Of a stretch of DNA of 64,000 nt, positions 26,619 to 38,260 are shown piece by piece. How positions within the stretch are numbered: position 1 is the first letter of the stretch; each line of letters opens with the position of its first letter. The notes under the pieces were generated by a model. That model was given only the letters and a program-made list of their open reading frames with translations, was not told the DNA's origin and made no database searches. The translations under genes were made by a program, and so were the position numbers. This DNA comes from Antedon mediterranea (lineage: Eukaryota > Animalia > Echinodermata), in assembly GCF_964355755.1 (NCBI RefSeq), contig NC_092673.1, positions 4,154,001-4,218,000 on the forward strand, given 5' to 3'.

Positions 26619-26909
26619 CCCTTCTCAACCCCATACTGGATATGCCAACATACAAACTTCACATACGCTATACAGTACTTCACCTTAATAATGTATAAAT
26701 AAAAAGAATAGAAAAAAAAAACCTTAGTGATGACCAAGTATGACCAAAACGGACCAACTGTATACTGTAATGAGACAAATGATATCTCTATAAGATAATA
26801 CTATAATAGATTATTATAATTCCTGGCATAAAGTTTAGAAGAAAATAGCCAATGTAAAATTAGTATTCAAATTTAAACACAACATAATTATCAATATAGA
26901 TAGTACACC

Positions 26910-27110
26910 CAAGGCAACCTGACAACAGGACACTGAACTCGCCTTTGCCAAGATATGAATTAATAACAGTCCTTTGATCTTATGTCTGGCTGCAACAAAT
27001 ACCAACAGTACTGTACTATGTACATAATCCCTGCAGCGTCCGATGCCTGTTAAGGGGTGAGAGACTGATCGTGTCTCAGCCACAGATAAATCCTTTGATC
27101 TCCGGAGCTC
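26910..27110. repeat. Dispersed repeat in the Tks 3' region; inverted copy at about 37363-37552
   Basis: CAGTCCTTTGATCTTATGTCTGGCTGCAACAAATAC and CAGCCACAGATAAA...TTTGATC..CGGAGCTCA occur as reverse complements downstream of LRP2BP. Confidence 0.75.
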
Positions 27111-29614
27111 ATCATTCTGTTGTTTGGTTTCCTTGGTACTGTATACCTATATACTGTAGATTATAACTGATGCAAACATTTTTATTTGTACATGAAGAGA
27201 TAACCAAACATGGGCATTTTTTTACCAAGTTATATATTGCACTTAATGGGAACATACAATATCACAATCACTGAACTAGCCTGATTCATAGTACAGTATA
27301 TTGATATAAAGATCATTGTACAGTATCATGCAAGTCAAAAACATAGATGACCAATTATGGACATGTTGCTATTGTATATATATTGCAAGAACCTTTTTTT
27401 GATTTATGAGTTTAGGTAAAAAGATGTATATAAACATTTTTTGTTATTGATAATATTCTCATTATTGCCAAAATGTTATTTTTTATTTTTGTGCCTTTTA
27501 ACAGTCTATGCAAGTAATAAGCCTACTTTGTGGTTTAACAACAACATTCAGTCATGCGTAACATGACGGTGTAGACGCAATGGAAGTGAGTTGACCAATC
27601 ACAAGCAACAGCTTGGATGATCTGTTGCATCATGATTGGTCAAGTTAGAGACTTGAGTCCTTGTGTTGTATCCAAGTGGAAACCAAACTTAAGTAACCCG
27701 CATGAGTTCTAAGGAACTAAGAAATCTAGGAATATTTTTAGTTATTGTTTTATGATATACTAAACTACAGACATATTGAGGACCATGTAAAACTGTTTAA
27801 TACTTTTACATTTATTTATATATAGATTAACAATAATATTTTGCAAAGCCATATTTATAAATTTAATTTACTTAGATATTGTTATACAATTATTATTGCA
27901 CAAATGGGTAGTTGTTTTAAAAATCTTTATTTACATTCCTTTATAAATGCTGTATTTATTTAGTTTTTTTTAAAAATGTATTATTGCGTTGTTTACAATA
28001 AGTGGTACATTTATGTTATAGCCATATTCATATTTTGACAAATTGATTGATATTAACAAAATTGATAATAACAATAACAACATAAGAAAATATTATTTTA
28101 GTTATTTAGATAATGTCCAGGGATATGTTGATGTTCCAATGTTTATGGAATGCGGTGAGGGAATTTGTGTTTAATATAACAAACTTTGCAATTGTAGATT
28201 TATGTACAGTATTATTGAGAACCGAAATTTAAATTGTTTCCAGGAAAGAGTTTTCTGCGGTATTTAGCAATAAATTATATTTTTCATACCGACGTCAACA
28301 TGTATGAGTAAAGTTGTTGTAATCTTTGGTTTTGTTACGATTCTATCGACAGTAAATGTAGCTGGTATAGTGCCAGGGCCGTAGCCACCAGTAGCCTACC
28401 TGACCACTTTTTATGAACAGAAAGAGATTGTTTCATTTTCTTGCGAAAACCGAACCACTTTATTTCTTGTGGCTACTGATACCTAATTGTTACATAAATT
28501 TACCACAATGCTAAATAGCTCTATTGGTCTTGGAATGTGATGGGTGCCTTCGTTGAATTATTTTATAGACCGGAAGCAATACAGGTAATGTTTTTACATA
28601 AGTTTGTGATTCCCTATTTGTATAATAATAACCAACATGACAAAACTAATTAAATTCCCTGATAGCATGGAGTAACATTACATTTTTTTCCAATAAATGT
28701 GCTGCGTTTCCAAAGTTCAAATTTTAATATAAAATACTACTCTAATAATATTTTACCAGGGCTATTTATTAAAGATGTTTGTCTCCCAAAAACATGAAAA
28801 ATGAAGATTAATAAAATCTAGGCCATCTTGCAGTTTTAAAGTTATTCAATCCTGTTTAAAAAAAACCCAAAATAATAATTATTTTACTTATAAAAGAAAC
28901 GTTTAATTTTAAACAAAAACCATTGTCTGACAGAAAAGTTAGGTATTTTTTGTGTTAAATTACATTTTTTCTGGTTTTGGTCCAGTTTTTGGTTATTATT
29001 ACTATTATGTGATATTAAAAGGGAATATTAAAAAAAAATGTGTAGGGGGACCATATTATAATTATCTTTAATAATTATAATATTGCAGGTGGCCATCAGA
29101 GTATACATTAATTATTTATTGTTGCCATGGGGAAATCCAACGCTATTGACATGCGTAGTGCGATCCACACAAAAAGTAGACCTCTCAATTCCGTCGCCGT
29201 CGTGTACGTGTGTCGAATCAGCCAGGTGGTTAGATATAGGCCTAGGGCTAGCTAGCCTTCCTTGCCTACAATTATGAATAATTAGTTCAGCGAACAATTT
29301 TTTGCAAATATTGGCTGTTTAGCTATAATTACAAATGTTTTAGGGAGACGCCAAGCAAGTGTTTTAATCTATTTATGATAATAGTGTGAGTATTTATTGC
29401 CATTCATTTTTTAGGCTGGCCTTCAAGCCTTTTTTTAGCAGTAGCTAGGCCAGCAAGCTGAGCCCGGGCGGGGCTACACCCGCCTGACTCCCCCCCCCCC
29501 CCCTAGACTAGAGAGCCTAGCTAGGTAGGAGGATAGGCTTCCTTCTCCTTTACTAGCCTAGATGATATACTACTGAACTGTACTATGTCCTAGGACCTAG
29601 GCCTAGCTGTCATG

Positions 29615-31620
29615 GGATGCTAGTCAAGTCGCCCCATCGCAAAGTCGCCCCATACAAAGTCGCCCCTTACACAGTCGCCCCATCGCAAAGTCGCCCCAAA
29701 ACAAAGTCGCCCCGACACAGTCGCCCCATCGCAAAGTCGCCCCATCGCAAAGTCGCCCCAACGCAAAGTCGCCCCATCGCAAAGTCGCCCTAACACAAAG
29801 TCGCCCCAAAACGTTAAAAAAATAGTTTAAAAGTGCGTAAAATGTCGCAATGATACACAAAATAACACGGAACGTGTAGGCATAAAAGGGGAAGTCCCGC
29901 CATGTAGTCTCACAGGTCACATGATCATCCCCCATCATCATGAGAGGAAGCCCCCAACTAATCACTCCGCGCGCGGTCGCACTAACGTGCTAGCTCACCA
30001 CCGGAGGGAAACCCCCGTAATTACTCCGCCGTTGTCGCACTACCATACAACGCACCATCTGAAGATGGGGAAACCCCGCCGGAGTTTTACGATATCAGTC
30101 GCGTTCGAAATCGGTCGCGTTTAATTTTGGTCGCGATAAAATGATGTTATACGATCTAGATTATTTTTACTTTGGTCGATAAATATTTATTATTATCAGG
30201 TATATGATGAGAAAGATGTGTGCCTTCAAAAATGACAATTTGTAAACATAGTTTAAGATTATAGTATTATTCAGCATAATGTCATTTAACAGTACATAAT
30301 TATTTAAATGTGAAATATTTTATAGGGAACGTAGGCTACGTCTGTAACTTTTATTTTATATGCAACAAATTACGTAAAACAATTTATTTATAAACATTCA
30401 GTTTACTAATAGTATTACAATGAACATTGATTATAAGCCTGGAAAGGCAATCCCATCATTATATCCATTATAAAATTGCATCATATCACCACTATATGTC
30501 GTAAATGATGACGTGTGTGTATGTATTCGTCGTACGTCCGTGTACGTATTATTCCGTGCATCTTCACTGTCTTGTTTAATTTAAAATTAAATAAACACCC
30601 GATATGAGGATATTTATTAGGCATGAGATAATTAGAATGTTCTATAACCAAAAGGGTTGAAAAGAATTTCTTCAGTAAAATGATCATTCTGCTGTTGAAT
30701 ATAAAGCGACTCGCAATCTGAAACATTCTCTGAAACCAATCGGAGCTGCGCCTTCTGGTATCTGTTTCCTCACAGCTGCTACGACGTCTTTCTGCTGGCC
30801 GTCGGGGATTCCCCTTTTTAAAAAACACGCACACGATACGATGGTTTTCCATGGTCAAAATGTAGCGTACGATCATATCGGCGATGAAATCCTTTTTTTT
30901 TATTTCTTCATTTTGAAAAGTCATAATAAAATTAAATAACAACAGACACTTAACTTGTCAATAAATGCAAAGTGATCAATAAGTAGCCTATAACACTATT
31001 GTCTTACAACTACTATAAATCTATACGAAGGCCTACTACACATTTATATACTTATTATATTATCATAAAAAATGAGCTGGTAGGTTGAAGAAAGATTCGT
31101 AATTGTGGCTCTGGTAACTAATTTTAAAATCATATTAAATTAACATTTTCGAAACTATAAATCAGGGATAATCTTTTTAGAACTTTCAAACAAGGGACTG
31201 TTTTTTTAATGATTTCTAAAAAGCACATCACTCCATTAAAACCTGTAAAATAAAAATACAAATTATGTATATAATAGGATAAACATTATAATGTAGGCCT
31301 AGGCCTATACGACATTTAGCGCGACCAAAGTAACAACGCAATCGATATCAAACGCAACCGATATGATTAAAACAGCGTACTACTAGTAATAGCGGCGGCG
31401 CTTCATAGTCATACCGAAATAAAACCGTGGGCAACTTTGCGATAGGGCGACTTTGCGTTGGGGCGACTTTGCGATGGGGCGACTTTGCGATGGGGCGACT
31501 TTGTAATGGGGCGACTTTGCGATGGGGCGACTGTGCCGGGGCGACTTTGCGATGGGGCGACTTTGTATTGGGCGACTTTGTATGGGGCGACTTTGCGATG
31601 GGGCGACTTGACTGGATCCC
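29615..31620. mobile_element. Foldback-type DNA transposon (probably MULE/Mutator-derived, non-autonomous) with tandem-repeat TIRs
   Basis: Both ends are arrays of AAAGTCGCCCC(A) in inverted orientation. Termini are GGATGCTAGTCAAG / CTTGACTGGATCC. The flanking direct repeat is CTGTCATG (29607-29614, 31621-31628). A second inner inverted pair lies at about 30092-30143 / 31313-31362. Confidence 0.85.
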
Positions 31621-31907
31621 CTGTCATGATAGTACCAGCAGTGGTGGTGGTGTGCAAGAGAATTGCAAATGCCAATGAATTGTTGCCTCCAGTCCAGTCC
31701 TAGCGGCCTGCCCTTTTTTCTAACTGTTTAGTTTATTTTGTTTTAATAGGCCTATAAATATGCTAGGCCTATCTGAAAAACTGTAATGTAATACCGAAAT
31801 TGGATACAGTAATGATACAGGATAAAGCCTAAAGGCTAGGCCGACTGTATATAACTTTTGTAACATGAATTTATATCTCCAAATAGATATCTTTGATGTT
31901 CTGAAGT

Positions 31908-34900
31908 ATGGAAATTGAACATAGACTGAGAGATTCTATTTCGGCAGAACCGCTTCCTCCGACAGAATCTGCTGAGATACTAATTCTCCGTGCCAGGTCA
32001 GAAAATGGAAGTATTGACAGTTTAGCGAGTGATCAAAGGAGCTTACACATCATAGATGATTTCCCAGAAAAGAAACGAGCCGAAGGCGAACTAAATGAAC
32101 AAGTAGAAAGCCTTCTGTTGGACAAAGTTGATAATGGCGACAAACTTGCTACATTTCAACTCGCACAGTTCTATTTTGAACAGGTATTATATTGTATTGT
32201 GTATATATTTTTTCAGTTGGAAATATATTTATGTAACATACTACAGTATGAGTCACAAATGTATCAAAAGTTTTCCTCCCATTTTACAATGTGTTGTTGA
32301 CTTTAGCTTGATATAAAGTTTGCGGTAAACCGCATATATTAGTTCTGAAATCAATTGTTGAATTTCTCGATGTTTCGATCAATATGCTCGTCCTCAGTGT
32401 ACTGAAAACTTGATCAACATTTGATTTCGCCATGCAAACCTTCAATAAATATAAGAGTTTAGCTTGTTATTACAGCTATCCACACTCTCATTATTTCTCT
32501 AATTGCAACTTTCTTTTAAAGGAAAGGAACACCCTGGGCTAAATGTGCCACTGTGCTTATAGATAAATGTAATAAAAACATGATTACAATGGTTCAAGGT
32601 ACAATAGTAAGCAATTTAGTTAAAAAATAGACTTTTAAACGACAAAATATCGGAAATTGAACAGCGCCATTTTGACAGGTTAAGAGCAATTATGTGACGT
32701 CAGATTAGGTGGACGCATTCAAGCAAATCCAAGCGCCCATCGTCTTAGTACAGTATTTCAATATGGAAGTGCGGGATATAACCATAAATAAAATCAATTA
32801 AATAGCCTAACATACCTAATATTTTCGGAATATGGCTTGGAGTTTTTATAATTCAAAAAATTTGGAACCAGAATATACAGAAAGAGAGTTAGTTTTGCGT
32901 CGTGCTGATGAGGAAAAAAGAAGAGAAGAAGAACATTCTCGAGCATAACAAGCCGTCGAAGAATGGTGTACTTTCGGCCAGTGTATCTGTACTGTATGCC
33001 TTACTAGGCCTAGAACTCGTGTTGAACGAAAATAAAGTAGACACTGCATCGTCAACCAACAGCCTCCGTTTGGAAGGTTGGCCAGTTAATTCCCCTACCA
33101 AATCCCGTTTGAAACAGCTAGGCAATAAAAGTAACAATAGATTAACAATAGCTGAAAGATTTACGAATTGGCTTGCAGAAGAAAAGATCGATCGAAGGTT
33201 TGTTTACCAAGCCAGCGCATGCTCATACCGTGTCATCGCCGTCCTGCATGACCGCATGTCGCGTTATTAGCCAATCATATTAGCGGATTCGCTTAGCCAA
33301 TAGAAGCGCTGAATGCAACCGCGAATCTTAAAATTTTCGTCGGCCGTATCTGACGTCACAAACAGGCTGCCATGAGCACAAGATGGCGATTTTCAAATGT
33401 CTTGAAAACAGCTTTAAAATCCTGTTTACTAGAAAACTACAAATCCGATTTAAACATAAATTGTGCTGAATATTAAGTTGGTAGGGTTACTTTTATAATA
33501 GTTAGGTAAGATATTAGGGTGTTCCTTTCCTTTAACATCTTTTCTGCACATGAGTTGACCATTAACAAGCCACAGTTCAGATGATCCATCTCGTCGTAGG
33601 TTTAGTGTTCAAATTATATTGCGGTGCGTTTACATCCTTGCGTTGCGTCCAAGTGGAAACCAAGCTTTATTCTTTAATACAGAAATATGTTGTCCCATTG
33701 ATAACATATTTGGAATTGTTAATGGATCCAGAGCTATAACTCAAAGTAACTCGGAATCACCATCAATATGATGATATTTTAATTGTTTATATTTTTAGGA
33801 TGACTACAAACGTTCGTTGATCTACTATGAGAAAATAAAGGACACAGATCCGCAAGCACAGTTTCAACTGGGTGTTATGTATCATGATGGACTAGGAACA
33901 ACTGCAGATCATGTGAGTATGAAGAAGCTACTGGTGAGGGTGTAAACAGCACATCATCTGACATAATCTTGATATGTTGTCCAATCATAAAAGTTGTTTG
34001 AGTATGGCTGATGTATCATTATTGACTTTTTTGACTTGACAAAATGATAACAAATTGGTTGAAAAATGTAAAAAAAAAACAAGAATTGGGTTAACCACAC
34101 AATTCTTTCTTGAGAATGAAGAGGGCGTGTTTCGACCTCTTTAACCAAGCATCCTCACTGTTACCCTTGCATCAAGTTTAACCTTGGTTCCCACTCGCAA
34201 CGCAACGCAAGGACCTAACCCAACGTAAGCACAAGCAATGAAATATTCGAATAGTGGCTTGTCATTGTTCAACATGCATAAATCCTTGCATTTCTTTTTT
34301 TTTTTATCACAAATTGGTTTGTTCAAGTCATGCATAATTTTTACTGTATATGTAATAATCTCAAGTTTTATTTTGATTAATTGATGCAAACAGAAAAAAG
34401 GGCATGAGTTCATGCTTAAAGTAGCAAACAACTTACATTCAAGCAACCAACACTTAATACATGTTGCGCAGTACAACGTTGGCAGGTCGCATTTTGAGGG
34501 GTGCGGTGTGAAGCAGTCTGACACAGAAGCTGAGAGGTGGTGGTTACTGGCAGCAAATGATGGACATCCTAAGGCTAGCATTAAAGCACAGACAGCTCTT
34601 GGCATGTACTACTGCCGTGAGGAGTCTCTAGATTATAAAAAGGTAACATGCAGTAGCAGTAAAGCTTGGTTCCCACTAGGATACAATGCAAGGACGTAAC
34701 GCAACAAAAGCTTGTTGACCAATGACAAGCGACAGTTTGAATAATCAATCGCTTGTGATTGGTAAACTTACTTACGTTGCGTTACATCCTTGTGTTGCAT
34801 CTCTAGTGGGAACCAAGCATTAAGGGATGAGAAAACAAGAATTACTACAAATAAAATATTTCGATTTGATATCATAGAGCAAGCAGTACAGACAAAAACA

Positions 34901-37032
34901 AAGATTTAATACCAGAGATTTACAAACTTGTTTTTGTTTTTTTCGTAGGCTTTTTTCTGGCATTCCGAAGCAACTGGAAATGGTAGTCTGGAATCTCAAG
35001 GTAAATATCCTTAATTGATTATCCGCACTTGGCTGATAACCCCTTGTTATTGTCAGGATCGTTGAAGTGACGAGTTCAAATCGAGTTTAGTTAGTATTAT
35101 ATTCTGGATTTGAGGAAAGTTTACTTTGATTTTAATTTAAAATAATACACATATTTTGTTTTTTATTTTTGAATTTTGAATTTGTTTTTTATATTGTTTG
35201 GAAGATTATACTATGCTTCAGTTTTCAATTTTGTTCCATTAAATTGTTATTTCTTGTGCACTGAGAACGACAATTATTAAACATTGTTATGTTGCTGGTG
35301 ATGTTTTAAATCTATCACTGAGCCATCATTTGAACTCATTGTTCTGCCACTGTGTGGGTATACGGTTGTAGCATAGAGATATTATCTCTATGGTTGTAGC
35401 AATGTAAATTTTGATATGTCTATATTCATGTAGGAGCCCTAGGTGTGATGTATGAGTTAGGCCTAGGATGTCACAAGAACCATGATTCTGCATTTGAATG
35501 TTTGAAGGAAGCATCTGAACGAGGCAACGTGTATGCCATGGCAAACCTAACAGCGCATTATTATGCTAAGAAGCTATACACAAAGGCAGCCGAGACCGCT
35601 GCTAGGTAAGTACTTCTACAGCACACACTCCCTTAGTGATGCTTAAAGGTGAAATAAGGAGGCAAAGGGTATTTACTCGTATAGGCTACCTCCTCTCATA
35701 GATGTGCAAGTCATATTTGTTTAACACTGCCTGCTATGATTAGCACCGTGGATTGAGTCAATAAACAGAAAAGAGCACCCAACATGGTTAATATTGATAC
35801 ACCATCTTTGTCTCTTACTGTTTCTAAACTGTTGCCACCACCCTTATTACAGAGTTGCTCAACTTAAAGACATTGAAGACATTTCAAGAAAGACGGATTG
35901 CTTACCAGTATTCATAGGTAAAGGCATTGCTATGGGCAGTTTCTACTATGCTAGGTGTCTTCATCTTGGACATGGTGTGCAAAAGGACAAAGACCTAGCA
36001 CAGACTTACTACAGCCAGGTATGTACTGTCATTTTAAATAAATGGAGAATTGTGTCCGGGAGGTATAACATAACAGCTCACTAATTTAATTATAATTCAC
36101 TAAAATAATTAACAAATTAGTTTTACTATGTTTTCCATTATGTTTTGGAATTGCAATCCTTCAGATTTTAACTCGGTGTTCCTTTAAAATTTATGAAGGG
36201 AGCCCTCTATTATTCTACTTTTACAAATCTTTAAATATGTAACCAGCATTTAAAGATGTATTGTCCCCCAAAAACATGAAAAATGAAGATTAATTAAATC
36301 AGACTTTGAATATGTTATTTTGTAGTTTTAATAAAGTTAATCACTTCCGTTAAAAAAAAATGAAAAAAAATAATGTTTTCACCTTTAAATTGACAAAATA
36401 AATGGTTAAATTCAACCAAAAACCCACTAGCTGGCAGCCAATTTGGCCATTTTTTGCTTTAAATTACAGTTTTTTCAGGTAAATACATTTTTTTTTTCAA
36501 ACCAATTTTTGGTCAAAGTGGGTAATTATTATGTTACATTAAAATGGAATATTCAACAACAATTTAGTTAAGAAATATTTTTTTCAGGGGGACAATACAT
36601 CTTTAAGCTGTATTTTAGTTTTATTCCAAAATAATAAATAGCTATCTTCTTTGTTTTCTACTCAATACTATCTCCACCTCTATTTACCAGCCTTATGCCT
36701 CTTATGTTTCTTTTCTTTTATTCCTGTCAACTCAGGCAGCGCTTGCCTGATATATCTATCTATCTTTGTCCAAGTACCTTCACTTGCACTGATGAAGGGC
36801 TAGTATTGCCCGAAAGATCTGCCAACTTTTCTGGCTGTTTTACTTTATCGTTTTGATTTTGCTTTTCGCTTTTTTTTTCATTGAGTATTTTTCCTTTGAA
36901 TTTATTTAAATTTTAATATATAGTGAGAACATTGTATAGTATTGTGTTTTATTTTATCCTATCCAGGCATTCAAATTCGATGGGAATACCACACAGATGC
37001 TACAGAACATGGTGACCCATGGAAAAATATAG
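31908..37032 (+). CDS. LRP2BP: LRP2-binding protein (Sel1-like repeats), 7 coding exons, about 364 aa
   Basis: Exons 31908-32183, 33799-33912, 34394-34642, 34949-35000, 35434-35605, 35853-36018, 36967-37032, in continuous phase. Motifs QFQLGVMYHDGLG, AERWWLLAANDGHPKASIKAQ, AFFWHSEATGNGSLESQGALG, ERGNVYA and TDCLPVFIGKGIAMGSFYYARCL match LRP2BP. Confidence 0.93.
32520..33531. mobile_element. Kolobok-like non-autonomous DNA transposon in LRP2BP intron 1
   Basis: TIR AGGAAAGGAACACCCT at both ends with TTAA duplication (32516-32519, 33532-33535). An internal decayed frame reads LEPEYTEREL...*QAVEEWCTFGQC. Confidence 0.8.
36254..36602. mobile_element. MITE family C (TIR AGATGTATTGTCCCC, TTAA flanks; Kolobok-like)
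   Basis: TTAA-AGATGTATTGTCCCC...GGGGACAATACATCT-TTAA. Related copies lie at about 28771-29057, 41888-42130 and 49758-50074. Confidence 0.8.
36783..36826 (+). ncRNA. Minimal hammerhead-ribozyme-like motif (Penelope retroelement type)
   Basis: CTGATGA-a-GGGC(TAGTATT)GCCC-GAAA-GATC-TG, preceded by a pyrimidine-rich tract and a hairpin. The cleavage triplet and stem I are atypical. Confidence 0.5.
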
Positions 37033-38199
37033 CTTAAATAATTGTATGCTGTGCCTTATAAAACAAATTCGGAAATATATAATTATATTTTATATAATAT
37101 AGTGCCTTGCTATGAAATTGACACAAATATAATGTTCGTAAACTTATTTATGTATAATATGTATATTTAATTTGATTATTTTGGTATTTTAAAGTGTTTT
37201 TATTTGTTGTTTTGAATTATAGATTGTAAATACAAATGTATGACTTTAAAAAGTGTAGAATGGTTTTTTTTTAAAGTTAAAAGTTTTTGTATTCACATCA
37301 TATTCATTAATAGATTTGTCATTTATGCCATCAACAATCAAGGCAAATTAACAAAAGGATGCTGAGCTCCGGCGATCAAAGGGTTTATCTGTGGCTGCAA
37401 CACAATCAGTTCCACGACCCTTAACAGCACCGCGCGACACAGAGAATGGGTACACGGTACAGTACTGTTAGTATTTGTTGCAGCCAGACATAAGATCAAA
37501 GGACTGTTACGAGTTCCTATCTTTGCCCAGTGTTCTGTTGTTAGATTGCCTTGCAACAATCATATTATCATGTTGTTAGTATCTTCATAATAATGATGTC
37601 ATCATCATCATCGTCATTATCATGTGTAAATCAGCCTAAATTTGTCATGGTACACTCTCATCACTTGCCCCAAGTCTGTATTTATTTTGAGGTTTTTCGA
37701 TGTTTGCACGTAGTATACGTATGAAACGCCGTATGTCCCAAAATATTTATCTTTTTACTAATAGTCAAAACTCCGTCTGGAACCCAGACTATCTCATCAC
37801 CTTTGAAGGTGCCTAAATTTTAGAATCATATCCGAGTAACTATCTTATCTCTGTGTTGGATACATGGATTTCCTAGGTAAAATATAAACCTGAAATATGG
37901 AGAGCCAAGGGTGAATAAACTCAAACCTACATAACTCAACTTTAAGGTCGTTGGCGTTAAAATAGACAATTAACAAAGTACTAACCCAATCATCATCCAA
38001 TCAAAATGCAGTATTAATGCAATTGTATGTAAATATACAGCTATACTAATCATTTTATGATAAACAGTTACATTTTATGAATGTGAGTGTACAATTTCTA
38101 ACTTTAACTATACTATACTATATCTGGGAAGAGTAAACTCTTTTCTGGTTTTAATGCTTTGGATCAATTCCTATCTCTCTCCATCTATCTATCTATCTT

Positions 38200-38260
38200 C
38201 AATCAATCAATCATTTGATTTATATAGCGCCATTCCAACATTCATTGCTCATGGCGCTGC
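38200..38260 (-). mobile_element. L2-type LINE/SINE 3' tail
   Basis: Minus strand AGCGCCATGAGCAATGAATGTTGGAATGGCGCTATATAAAT followed by (GATT)n. Confidence 0.55.

Noticed and set aside
26237-26737. 166-aa antisense ORF
   Set aside because: It is the shadow of the Tks terminal exon.
29624-31703. ORFs with GATLRWGDF repeats
   Set aside because: They are translations of the transposon's subterminal tandem repeats.
32902-33270. 122-aa ORF in LRP2BP intron 1
   Set aside because: It lies within the Kolobok-like element, and the motif-bearing frame is a different, stop-interrupted one.
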